In this document: in pieces, positions 7,973-17,120 of the stretch
How positions within the stretch are numbered: position 1 is the stretch's first letter
Layout: each line of letters starts with the position of its first letter
DNA from: Eubacteriales bacterium
Lineage (GTDB): Bacteria; Bacillota; Clostridia; Oscillospirales; CAG-382
Reading direction: 5' to 3'
Assembly (NCBI GenBank): GCA_028702135.1
Contig: JAQVPJ010000010.1
Span: 3,114-67,113 of the forward strand
Length of the DNA: 64,000 nucleotides
Program-made: the position numbers and the translations under genes
The notes under the pieces: model-generated
Told to the model about the DNA's origin: nothing
What the model saw: the letters and a program-made list of their open reading frames with translations, nothing else
Database searches by the model: none

Positions 7973-9316
7973 ATGAAGCATATAAAAAGATTTATCAATA
8001 TAATATTCGTTACTCTGCTTGCCAACTTCGTTTTACTCGCTAAAACGCTTAGCATTTTTTCAGTGGTTAATATAATTGGTTTTTACACGCTCACTTTAAT
8101 GCTCTTTGTATTGCTTAATGTATTTCCGCGATATAAGACTTCAAAACCCATCAGGCAGGGAATAATGCTTGACGGGTATGAGTTGGTTCTGCTTTCTGCA
8201 TTTACGTTTACAATAAATACAATACTTAATATCTATGTCGGCATATGTTTTGTACCCGAAAAAATCAGTTGGGTAACTTTTATAATTAATTGTATACTTT
8301 GTATTATATCAGGAGCTATTTTGATTATAAACGGCTTAATACGAATCTATACTACTTCTGTTCAATTAGGAATAAAATGGCGGCTGATGTTCGCATTTCT
8401 CTGTTGGTTTCCCATTGTTAATATTGTTCTACTTTGGAAACTTTGCAGAATTGTCCGTGATGAATATGACTTTGAAACACAAAAGCTTGAGAATAATTAT
8501 GTCAGAAAAGAGAACGAACTTTGCAAAACGAAATATCCGCTTTTGCTAATCCATGGGGTGTTTTTCCGTGACAGAGTATATTTTAATTACTGGGGTAGAA
8601 TTCCGGGTGAGTTGATAAGAAACGGTGCTGTTATTTATTACGGAAATCATCAATCTGCAGCAACTGTGGAGAACAGCGCTATCGAACTAAAAAGCCGAAT
8701 TACACAAATAATCGAAGAAACGGGATGCGAAAAGCTGAATATAATCGCACATTCAAAGGGTGGTCTTGATGCAAGAACTGCGATTTCATGTTATGGGATG
8801 GATCAATATGTCGCTTCACTGACAACAATCAATACACCGCACAGAGGATGCGGTTATGCCGATTATCTGCTGCAAAAAGCGCCTAAATGTATTTTGAATT
8901 TTATTACAAAGAGTTATAACTCTGCCTTGAAGAAATTGGGTGACAAAAACCCCGATTTTTTCGGTGCGGTAAACAGTCTTACAGAAAAAAGCTGTTCGGC
9001 TATCAACAAAAAAGCAATTGATAAGGACAATGTGTATTATCAGAGCTTTACTTCAATAATGAACCGCTGGTCAAGCGCAAAATTCCCTTTAAATATTACA
9101 TATCTATTGATTCGTCATTTTAACAAACAAAACGATGGACTTGTATCGGTTGAATCCGCAAAATGGGGCAGTCGCTTTAATATTATAACAACGGACAGTA
9201 AAAGAGGTATTTCCCACGCCGATGTTATTGATTTGTATAGGGAAAATATCAATCAATTTGATGTCAGGGAATTCTATGTTGATATTGTAAAGGACTTAAA
9301 AGAACGAAACTTATAA
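7973..9316 (+). CDS. Membrane-anchored alpha/beta-hydrolase (lipase/esterase-like)
   Basis: The N-terminal ~170 aa contain 4-5 TM helices. The C-terminal domain has the nucleophile elbow IIAHSKGGLD (GxSxG-type) and LLIHGVF (oxyanion region). The start at the MKHIKRF ATG follows the RBS aagga. Confidence 0.7.
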   Translation: MKHIKRFINIIFVTLLANFVLLAKTLSIFSVVNIIGFYTLTLMLFVLLNVFPRYKTSKPIRQGIMLDGYELVLLSAFTFTINTILNIYVGICFVPEKISWVTFIINCILCIISGAILIINGLIRIYTTSVQLGIKWRLMFAFLCWFPIVNIVLLWKLCRIVRDEYDFETQKLENNYVRKENELCKTKYPLLLIHGVFFRDRVYFNYWGRIPGELIRNGAVIYYGNHQSAATVENSAIELKSRITQIIEETGCEKLNIIAHSKGGLDARTAISCYGMDQYVASLTTINTPHRGCGYADYLLQKAPKCILNFITKSYNSALKKLGDKNPDFFGAVNSLTEKSCSAINKKAIDKDNVYYQSFTSIMNRWSSAKFPLNITYLLIRHFNKQNDGLVSVESAKWGSRFNIITTDSKRGISHADVIDLYRENINQFDVREFYVDIVKDLKERNL

Positions 9317-9347
9317 AAAACTGCTGTTTTAAAATGCAATCATACAT

Positions 9348-9398
9348 AAAAAACCGAAAAAATTCTTTTCCGAATGAAATTTTTTTATTTATTTTTAC
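9348..9398 (+). promoter_or_regulatory. Copy B of the shared upstream element
   Basis: aaaaaaccgaaaaaattcttttccgaatgaaatttttttatttatttttac. It lies upstream of TTGAAT-16-(tga)TATAAT for the GH20-like gene and has the same 16-nt CCGAA-to-CCGAA register as copy A. Confidence 0.4.
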
Positions 9399-9521
9399 GG
9401 TGTTTATTTGAATATCATTTTTTTTATGATATAATCATATTAGTGGATTTTCTTGCATAAAAATCGATTTTGGTATACGACAAACACAAAATCACGACAT
9501 AATGATGATATGAGGAAAAAA

Positions 9522-12206
9522 ATGAAAAAATTTCTTGTTATTCTTATCGCAGTAATTGTAATGGTGCCTTTTTTCACACAAAGCATACTCGCACAAAGCA
9601 CAAATGAAGCACCGAATGTAATACCCGCCATTAGAGAATGGCAGGGGGAACAGGGAAGGTATGAGCTTAAAAAAGGGGCAAATATCGTTTTTAATGACCC
9701 CGATCTCAGTAAAAGAGCTGAGATAATAAAGAGCTATTTCAAGGATATGCTCTCATATGATATTCAATTAAAGGAAGGTGAACCCGTATCCGGCGACATT
9801 CATCTCGTCTTGGACAGCTCGAAAAAAGATATTGGCACAGAGGGCTATCTTTTGGAGATAAATGATATCATCACCATTACCGCAGCGAGCAAACAGGGTG
9901 TTTTTTACGGATGCATAACTGTTTTACAGTCGCTGTACGCCGATGGATTTGTTCCAAAGGGTACTGCAAAGGATTATCCCGAATACGAGATTCGCTCGGG
10001 AATGATCGATGTGGCGCGTGCTTACCTGCCGCTTGAATATGTCGAGGAAATAACAAAGTACATGGCATGGTTCAAGCTCAATGAGGTGCATCTGCATATA
10101 AACGACCGCGGAGAGAATAATTACAGTGCGTTCAGGCTTGAAAGCGATGTACCCGGGCTGACCGCAAAAGACGGCTTTTATTCCAAAGACGATTATCGCG
10201 ATTATCAGAAAAGAATGTGCGATTACGGTATTTCAGTCCTTACAGAGATAGATACTCCGGCACATTCAAAATGTTTTTACGGCGTTGTGCCTGATGAATA
10301 TATGCTCGACGAGAACCATCTGGATATAACCAACCCCGATGCTGTTGATTTCGTCAAGAGGCTCTTTGACGAATACATAACAGGTGAAGATCCTGTATTT
10401 GTAAATAAAAAGGTACATATAGGAACCGACGAGTATCCCGTACAATACAACGAGCAGATGCGCGCATATACCGATCAGCTTATAAAGCATATAAATTCAA
10501 GAGGGTATACTCCCCGTTTTTGGGGTGCTTTCGGAAATAATGGCTTTAACGGCGTAACTCCCGTTTCAAATGAAGCAGAAACGAACTTTTGGGCAGTCGG
10601 GCTCTCCGATTATAACACGCTTTTCGATATGGGTTACGATGTCATAAACACCTGCGCCCCAATGCTCTATGTAGTTCCGGGCGGCAACTATGGATTTCCT
10701 GACTATTATAACCTTAAGTCGATGTATAAGAACTGGTTTGTAAATTACATGGGTTATAATGAGTCCGCTTCTGTATCACCCGACCATGATCAGCTCAAGG
10801 GTGCTTCGTTCGCTCTCTGGAACGACAGACACACGGCTTACGGTGGATTTTCAGCTTTTGATATTTTCGACAGGCTTAAAGGTATGATCTGCCTTATTTC
10901 GGAGAAGACCTGGTGCGGTGAGCAGACAAAAAGCATCCGAGTCGATGACTTTTTGCATAGATTCGATATTTTATCCAAAAAAGCCGGCAATACCAACCCG
11001 GGCAGAACACAAAATTTTCCTATTAGTGAGATAAATCAAGCGGGTATAAAAAGCATAGGATTTCCATACATAGCATCATTTAATGTTTTTATTGAGGATT
11101 ATACGAATAATTGCCTTCTGTTTGACGGCTCTGACGGGCAAATCAGGCTTAATAAAAACGGAACGATAAGTTTGTTAAGAGAAGGTTATGATTTCCTGTA
11201 TAAATGCGATATTCCAAAAGGCAGGAACACCAAGCTTAAACTGATTGCCGACAATAAAAGAACCCTTCTAATTGTTGACGATACATATTATTACAATCCG
11301 ATAAATAAAAGGAACCCTTCTCTTAACGAGAGCTCGACCTTCGTTTTTCCTCTTGAGCAATCTGCGTTAAATCTGAAAGGGACAATCTCCGATTTACTTA
11401 TTGAAGAGAATACAGTATCCTTTAACGACCTTAAAATAAATGCAAACCTCGCTCTTGGTAAAACTGTAACCGTAAGCGGGCTTGAGGTAAATACCGGCGA
11501 TTTAAACGAACCGCTTGCTGTTGACGGAGACATCGGGACACGATTATCATTTGCGAGGGATAGTGACGAGCAGTGGCTTATTGTCGACCTTGGCAGCGAA
11601 AAGGATGTAAATACGGTTGTTATAAGTTTCTTCGAGCATATCAAGGAGTATAAAATACTTACATCGACCGATGGGACGAATTTTACCGAGGTATTCCACG
11701 AGCAGAACGGCTCGGAGCGTGATAAAAAAACAGATAAGGTGATATTTGATACAGTTAAGGCAAGGTATGTAAAATATCTGCAGCTAAAGAGATTCTATAT
11801 TTCGGAATGGAACGCTTATTACAGCGGCGGAATAAGCGAGTTTGAGATTTACGGTTATGATAAAAAAATATATGATGAAGTTATTTCGGAAGCCGAATCG
11901 ATTATCAATGCTGCTTCTGCAGACAATCGATACTCATCTGAGATAAAAAGTGCAAAGAAGGAATTACAGAGGTATATGGGCAGCGAGGAGATTTACACCA
12001 CGCATATAAACGCACTCAGGGATAGGCTTGCGGAGTCAATTGCGGAATACAAAGCATCTGAAGAATCGGGGCAGCAGGAGATTTCAGAGCAGGAAATCCG
12101 GCAGGATAAGACGAAAATTTGGATAATCGTTATTCTTATTTTCATCGCCGGAGGTGCAGGATTGTTCTTTATACTAAAAAAAGGAAGTATAAAAAAGAAA
12201 AAATGA
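9522..12206 (+). CDS. Secreted, C-terminally membrane-anchored GH20-like hexosaminidase with an F5/8 type C (discoidin) domain
   Basis: It has a signal peptide, a GH20-like core (MIDVARAYLPL, LNEVHLHINDRGE, TEIDTPAHS, VHIGTDEYP), a discoidin-like segment (LALGKTVTVSGLE...EQWLIVDLG...ARYVKY...ISEFEIYG) and a terminal TM helix followed by KKGSIKKKK. The start could be 9510 or 9522. Confidence 0.7.
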   Translation: MKKFLVILIAVIVMVPFFTQSILAQSTNEAPNVIPAIREWQGEQGRYELKKGANIVFNDPDLSKRAEIIKSYFKDMLSYDIQLKEGEPVSGDIHLVLDSSKKDIGTEGYLLEINDIITITAASKQGVFYGCITVLQSLYADGFVPKGTAKDYPEYEIRSGMIDVARAYLPLEYVEEITKYMAWFKLNEVHLHINDRGENNYSAFRLESDVPGLTAKDGFYSKDDYRDYQKRMCDYGISVLTEIDTPAHSKCFYGVVPDEYMLDENHLDITNPDAVDFVKRLFDEYITGEDPVFVNKKVHIGTDEYPVQYNEQMRAYTDQLIKHINSRGYTPRFWGAFGNNGFNGVTPVSNEAETNFWAVGLSDYNTLFDMGYDVINTCAPMLYVVPGGNYGFPDYYNLKSMYKNWFVNYMGYNESASVSPDHDQLKGASFALWNDRHTAYGGFSAFDIFDRLKGMICLISEKTWCGEQTKSIRVDDFLHRFDILSKKAGNTNPGRTQNFPISEINQAGIKSIGFPYIASFNVFIEDYTNNCLLFDGSDGQIRLNKNGTISLLREGYDFLYKCDIPKGRNTKLKLIADNKRTLLIVDDTYYYNPINKRNPSLNESSTFVFPLEQSALNLKGTISDLLIEENTVSFNDLKINANLALGKTVTVSGLEVNTGDLNEPLAVDGDIGTRLSFARDSDEQWLIVDLGSEKDVNTVVISFFEHIKEYKILTSTDGTNFTEVFHEQNGSERDKKTDKVIFDTVKARYVKYLQLKRFYISEWNAYYSGGISEFEIYGYDKKIYDEVISEAESIINAASADNRYSSEIKSAKKELQRYMGSEEIYTTHINALRDRLAESIAEYKASEESGQQEISEQEIRQDKTKIWIIVILIFIAGGAGLFFILKKGSIKKKK

Positions 12207-12246
12207 GTTTAAGCGTATATAAAATTATTTTTGAGAGTTGTTTGTA

Positions 12247-12275
12247 TTGACAATATCAGCTAAATGTTATATACT
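12247..12275 (+). promoter_or_regulatory. Promoter of the ABC-F gene, giving a ~250-nt leader
   Basis: TTGACA (12247-12252), 17 nt, TATACT (12270-12275). Confidence 0.55.
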
Positions 12276-12467
12276 TACACAAACAAAAGAGATGGGTGAA
12301 AAAATGCGCAAATAATCTGTTTTTCGTGTAATAACAGTAAAGATCATTTAAAAGTCTGCAAATATCGCGGACTTTGAACTGTTGCCGAAATGCGGATTTA
12401 TTCAACCCGGGGATTTTACAGCTATGTATTTATGCGTTTTTTCCTGTAAAACCTTGTAATATTTGAA

Positions 12468-12510
12468 GTCTGTTTTCGGCATGATTTTTCGTGAGGAAAC
12501 AGGCTTTTTT
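12468..12510 (+). terminator. Leader terminator/attenuator 20 nt upstream of the ABC-F start codon
   Basis: gtctgttt (12468-12475) pairs with aaacaggc (12497-12504), followed by TTTTTT (12505-12510). The RBS ggggagga and the TTG start come next. Confidence 0.5.
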
Positions 12511-12529
12511 ATATCGGGGAGGAATTGAT

Positions 12530-14068
12530 TTGCTACAAGTAAAAAAACTAACCATCACACATACAAAGAACTTAAAAATACTAATAGAGGACCTTAACTT
12601 CACATTAAACGAGGGGGATAGGGCTGTAATAATCGGAGAGGAGGGAAACGGAAAATCAACGCTGCTTAAACTTATTTATAATAAAGAGCTAGTCAGAAGC
12701 TATATAGATTATACCGGAGAGATAGTAAAAAACAACACAAAACTCGGATATTTGGCGCAGGAATTGACGTCAGAACAAAAAGACATGAGCGTCAGTGCTT
12801 ATTTTTCGCAAATTCAGGGTTGTTTTGAAACAACACCGGCGGATCTGTCGCTAATAGCACGTCAGATTGGTCTGAGTTTGGAGTTTTTCTATTCCGGCCA
12901 ATGTATAAGGACGCTGTCCGGAGGTGAAAAGATCAAGCTGCAAATGGCAGGAATACTAATCGAACACCCCGACGTTTTATTGCTCGACGAGCCTTCTAAC
13001 GATATAGATATCGAAACTCTTGAATGGCTTGAGAGGTTTATTATCAGCTGCAAAAAACCCGTGTTATATGTTTCTCATGATGAAACTCTGATCGAAAAAA
13101 CCGCTAATATGATTATCCACATAGAGCTTGTAAGACGCAAAACCTTGCCAAGAAATACTGTTGCGAGGATGCTTTACGGTCATTACATTGAACGAAGGTT
13201 ATCCAAACTCGCACATCAAAAACAGGTTGCGGTTAAAGAAAAAAGCGATTTTGAAAAGCAGCAGGAGAAGCTTCAAAAAATAATGCAAAAAGTCGAGCAT
13301 CATCAAAACGCTATAAGTCGCAAGGATCCGCATGGCGGGAGAATGTTGAAAAAGAAAATGAAAAACGTAAAATCTCTTGAAAAACGTTTTGAAAAAGAGT
13401 TTGAGAACAGAACTCAGATTCCCGATACCGAGGAAGCGATAATGATAATGTTCGATGACGATATCGGCGTACCAAATGGGAAAACCATATTGGACTTCAA
13501 AAAAGACAGGTTATATTTGGGAGAAAGGTTATTATCGGAGAATATTGAGCTTAATATTGTTGGCGGCAGAAAAATTTGTATTGTAGGTAAAAACGGTGTG
13601 GGTAAAACAACCCTGTTAAAGAAAATTGCAGAGGAGCTGCTTGAACGCAGGGATATTAAAGCTTCGTATATGCCTCAAAATTATGAGGAAATACTCGATT
13701 ATGACAAAACCCCGGTAGAATTTCTGTCTGTTACCGGAGAAAAGTATGAAGTTACAAAAATAAAAAATTATCTCGGTAGTGTCAAGTATACGACAGATGA
13801 AATGGAGCGAACGGTTTCCGAGATGTCTGGCGGTCAGAAAGCAAAGCTGTTGTTCATGAAGATGATTCTTGAAAAAAGCAATGTCTTGATTCTCGATGAA
13901 CCTACAAGAAACTTCTCGCCGATATCCAACCCCGTCATCCGTGAAGTGCTAAAGGAATACAAGGGTGCGATAATCTGCGTTTCGCATGATAGAAAATTTA
14001 TATCGGAGGTGTGCGATACTGTATACAGAATGACAGAAAAAGGGTTGGAAATGATTGATTTTCCTTAG
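12530..14068 (+). CDS. ABC-F family ATPase (two ABC domains, no TM domain); candidate ribosome-protection type
   Basis: Walker A motifs GEEGNGKST and GKNGVGKTT. Signatures LSGGEKIKL and MSGGQKAKL. A ~80-aa K/E-rich interdomain linker is present. TTG start 6 nt after ggggagga. Confidence 0.85.
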   Translation: MLQVKKLTITHTKNLKILIEDLNFTLNEGDRAVIIGEEGNGKSTLLKLIYNKELVRSYIDYTGEIVKNNTKLGYLAQELTSEQKDMSVSAYFSQIQGCFETTPADLSLIARQIGLSLEFFYSGQCIRTLSGGEKIKLQMAGILIEHPDVLLLDEPSNDIDIETLEWLERFIISCKKPVLYVSHDETLIEKTANMIIHIELVRRKTLPRNTVARMLYGHYIERRLSKLAHQKQVAVKEKSDFEKQQEKLQKIMQKVEHHQNAISRKDPHGGRMLKKKMKNVKSLEKRFEKEFENRTQIPDTEEAIMIMFDDDIGVPNGKTILDFKKDRLYLGERLLSENIELNIVGGRKICIVGKNGVGKTTLLKKIAEELLERRDIKASYMPQNYEEILDYDKTPVEFLSVTGEKYEVTKIKNYLGSVKYTTDEMERTVSEMSGGQKAKLLFMKMILEKSNVLILDEPTRNFSPISNPVIREVLKEYKGAIICVSHDRKFISEVCDTVYRMTEKGLEMIDFP

Positions 14069-14092
14069 TTCGTTAAAAAATATTAGCTGTAG

Positions 14093-14128
14093 AAAACGCC
14101 GCTTTGTCAATAAAAGCGGCGGTTTTAT
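14093..14128 (+). terminator. Intrinsic terminator after the ABC-F gene
   Basis: aaaacgccgctt pairs with aagcggcggtttt, a GC-rich stem followed by a T-run. Confidence 0.8.
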
Positions 14129-14310
14129 ATAATTTTTAAGGCACTATGCAAAATTTTTGGCACTGCGTAAAATTTAGTAAATTGATTTCTCTCGGAACAA
14201 AAAACCATATCAAACTTTTATCCCTTATACAGATTTTTGTTTAAAAGGAAGATGCTTATTCACTTTTGCGCAAATTTTTCTACGAGCTCTAATAAATTTT
14301 ATTTTTGAGA

Positions 14311-14949
14311 TCATTTTATCCCAATTCTCATTCTATAACAAAAATCAAGCCAAAAAGTATCTTTTAATACATTTGATATTATATCCTCGAACTTTTTTAT
14401 ATATGGTTCTATTTTTTCGGGTGCTATTTTTAATATAGCCTGCAGACCGCCCTGACTTTTTGCTAATTCTATAAACCTTTTTGAGCTGCACTTTTCGCGG
14501 TTGCAAAAAACAATCTCACGGCAATAACTAAAATAACCGCTTTTTCGGATATTATAGAGGTGCTTATCTTTGTCCCAGTGGTAAGAATCGTTTTCCTTAC
14601 AAACGACAGACAATTCGGTGACTTTTTCCGATAACTGATTATACGCTTCCTCGGCTTGCCGGTTGCATACAGGTGGCCAATCGCAGTCAATTGCAGCAAA
14701 AATCCCACCTTTTTTCAGGATTCTGTTAATTTCAGCAAGAGTTTCAGCAGGCTCCATCCAATGGAAGGACTGCGAACAAACAACAACATCCGCAATATTA
14801 TCTTCAAGCGTGGTATCATTCGCGAATGCTTTAACAAACGAAATGGTATCGCTCTGTTTTTCCAATGCGGTTTTTATTCCCTTTTGGATACTGCTCTTAA
14901 TAATATATTCCTGTGTCGTGTGCTCGCCACCGCCTAAAATCAGCCACAC
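14311..14949 (-). pseudogene. Chimeric ORF: duplicated peptidase C-terminal fragment fused to an N-terminally truncated class I SAM methyltransferase
   Basis: The first ~26 aa (LGGGEHTTQEYIIKSSIQKGIKTAL) duplicate the C-terminus of the M20 peptidase at 15963-17120. The rest (VVCSQSFHWMEPAETLAEINRILKKGGIFAAIDCDWPP) is the post-motif-II part of a methyltransferase. Motif I (GxGxG) is absent. Confidence 0.6.
14868..14945. repeat. ~78-bp dispersed duplicate (copy 1) of the peptidase gene 3' end
   Basis: gcggtttttattcccttttggatactgctcttaataatatattcctgtgtcgtgtgctcgccaccgcctaaaatcagcc is about 90% identical to 15997-16075. Confidence 0.9.
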
Positions 14950-15731
14950 CAGGAATAATAATTCGGTTTGAATTCAAAAAAGCGTTTTAAATAGGTCATT
15001 GCGGCAAAAAGAAGAATAAATCGGGATTTTAGTTCTGTAACCGTTCGATAAATGTTGATTTTTGCGTCTCCCGTATCGATGTTTTCACGAACAAGAAAAT
15101 TTTGTGTTACAAGCTCGTCCAAAATATCGCATACACCATTCTCGTCAAGCGAGTATTTAATGGCGATAGTGGATGATGTAAACGACGAATTCTTGTTCTC
15201 TGATATATATTGTAATATTGTACGGTAACTCTTATTTTGCAGACACTCCAGTATTTTTTCAATGCTTTCGTCTTCTAAGAGCTTGCTTTCGATGCAATTG
15301 TGGGGTATAAAAATACCTCCCGTTGGCTCTGAGTAATAAACAGCACCGTTTCTGCCGCTAATAATACCGATCTGGGAGGACGGCATTTTAGATAAATTCG
15401 TTTTACATTCTTCCAAACGATCGCCGAAAGACACTTTATCGTATTCATCATGAAAAGCTTTTAAAATCGTTGTTAGAAATTGATCCTTTATCATGTCATA
15501 TACATCAGTAAACTGTACTCTCTCCTCTAACCCATCACGTCCGTACAGCATATCAACACTTATACCAAAAATATCAGCTATAACTGGTAACAGCATAATA
15601 TCAGGCATTGTAACGTTGTTTTCCCATTTAGAAACCGATTGTGCGGAAACGCCTATTAAATTAGCTAATTCTTCCTGTGTCATACCTTTAGATTTTCGCA
15701 ACTCAGTTATTTTTTCACCGATTGTATACAT
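14940..15731 (-). CDS. XRE-family HTH transcriptional regulator with a C-terminal domain of unknown function
   Basis: N-terminal Cro/C1 HTH (ELRKSKGMTQEELANLIGVSAQSVSKWENNVTMPDIMLLPVIADIFGISVDMLYG) plus ~190 aa that were not recognised. Confidence 0.8.
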   Translation of the reverse strand: MYTIGEKITELRKSKGMTQEELANLIGVSAQSVSKWENNVTMPDIMLLPVIADIFGISVDMLYGRDGLEERVQFTDVYDMIKDQFLTTILKAFHDEYDKVSFGDRLEECKTNLSKMPSSQIGIISGRNGAVYYSEPTGGIFIPHNCIESKLLEDESIEKILECLQNKSYRTILQYISENKNSSFTSSTIAIKYSLDENGVCDILDELVTQNFLVRENIDTGDAKINIYRTVTELKSRFILLFAAMTYLKRFFEFKPNYYSWCG

Positions 15732-15751
15732 ATTCTACCTCCTAAAATATT

Positions 15752-15763
15752 ATGCAGCTGCAT
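15752..15763. promoter_or_regulatory. Perfect 12-bp palindrome in the 5' UTR of the XRE gene (candidate auto-operator)
   Basis: ATGCAGCTGCAT, 20 nt upstream of the start codon at 15731. Confidence 0.3.
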
Positions 15764-15962
15764 TTTAAACACATTATACTTGCTTTTTACAGGCGAATCC
15801 ATATAGCAAAAATACAGTTGCTAACCTAATCAGATAGAAAAAACGATATTAGTGATTTTTACAACATAAGTATTGTTTTAATTTAATAATACTTCTTTGA
15901 ATTACAGCTTTGGAGTAAATAAAAAAAGAAAAAAGGCCTTACTTAGCAGTAGGAATTGCTGC

Positions 15963-17120
15963 TTATTGTGATGAATAAGATTTTATTATATTCAAAGCGG
16001 TTTTCATACCCTTTTGGACACTGCTCTTAATAATATATTCCTGTGTCGTGTGCTCGCCGCCGCCCAAAACCAAGCCGCAGCAGACGGCGGGTATCCCCAT
16101 TGAGAGCGGAATATTAATGTCGGTAGAGCCGCTTTTGAGCTTTGGAAGAGGTAATACATTCACGTATGCGTTCAGTAAGCGCTCCAAAAGTGCATTCTGT
16201 TTTTTCTTGTTACAGTTAATACCTACGGGACGAACGCCGATGAGTTCGGCACTGACATCACCAAATAATCGATACCTTTCTATAATTGCGTTCAGATTTT
16301 CACGCATAATCTCTAAAAAAACATGGTTGTTTGAACGGTATTCGTAAAGTATCGACGCTTCCGACGCTAACGTGTTTATACTTGTTCCGCCGGTAATCAT
16401 GCCGACGTTCTGTGTGGTATGAAAACCCGATGCTTTAGGGAGCGACAGGTCGTACAATTCGCTCACAATGCGGGAAATCCTCTCAATCGCATTCGGCTTT
16501 CCGAAATCGGAATAAGCGTGTCCGCCGTCGGTTCTCGATGTAATGCGGTATCTTTCCGAACCGACAGCTTCGTAAATCAGGGAATCAAGGTACAGATCGA
16601 ATGCGATAGCCTCCCTGACCGTTTTTCCGTAATCCTCAAAGAGCTTCCGGCTGCCTTTCAGATTGCCGCAGCCCTCCTCGCCTGAGGTTGCCGCAAATAT
16701 AAAGCCGTAATCGCTGTTTATTTCGCATTTATGCAGATATAAAACACACCAGAGCATAATGGCAAGATTTGCAGTATTGTCTCCGATACCGGGGCAGCGC
16801 AAAATATCCGACTCCTCAATCAGAGTCAGCTCCTGAGTTATCGGAAAAACAGTATCGGTATGCGCCATAAAAACAATATTCTGCCTGCCGTTTTCGCAGT
16901 TTATTTTACAGATTACATTATCCGCCTCGTCGATTAATACATCCGTCACACCGTTCGACTGTAAAAAGTTCTTGCAAAACAATGCTTTTTCCCTTTCCAT
17001 ACCCGTCGGGGAGGGGATAACGGCAAGCTGTTTTATCAGCTGCATAACACTGTTTAGGTTTTCTGATATAAATTCATCAATATCGATCACTGTTATCCTC
17101 TTTCTATCTGTAAAATCCAT
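15963..17120 (-). CDS. M20-family metallopeptidase (PepT/ArgE/DapE-like)
   Basis: Metal-ligand and catalytic motifs MAHTDTVFP, GIGDNTANLA and TSGEEGCGNLKG. Size ~385 aa. Confidence 0.8.
   Translation of the reverse strand: MDFTDRKRITVIDIDEFISENLNSVMQLIKQLAVIPSPTGMEREKALFCKNFLQSNGVTDVLIDEADNVICKINCENGRQNIVFMAHTDTVFPITQELTLIEESDILRCPGIGDNTANLAIMLWCVLYLHKCEINSDYGFIFAATSGEEGCGNLKGSRKLFEDYGKTVREAIAFDLYLDSLIYEAVGSERYRITSRTDGGHAYSDFGKPNAIERISRIVSELYDLSLPKASGFHTTQNVGMITGGTSINTLASEASILYEYRSNNHVFLEIMRENLNAIIERYRLFGDVSAELIGVRPVGINCNKKKQNALLERLLNAYVNVLPLPKLKSGSTDINIPLSMGIPAVCCGLVLGGGEHTTQEYIIKSSVQKGMKTALNIIKSYSSQ
15997..16075. repeat. ~78-bp dispersed duplicate (copy 2), the native 3' end of the peptidase gene
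   Basis: See 14868-14945. Confidence 0.9.

Noticed and set aside
14130-14200. Direct repeats GGCACTATGCAAAATTT / GGCACTGCGTAAAATTT that looked like a sigma-54 (-24 GG / -12 GC) promoter.
   Set aside because: The GG-N10-GC spacing and the TTGC element are not satisfied in either copy, and no downstream gene lies in the right orientation.
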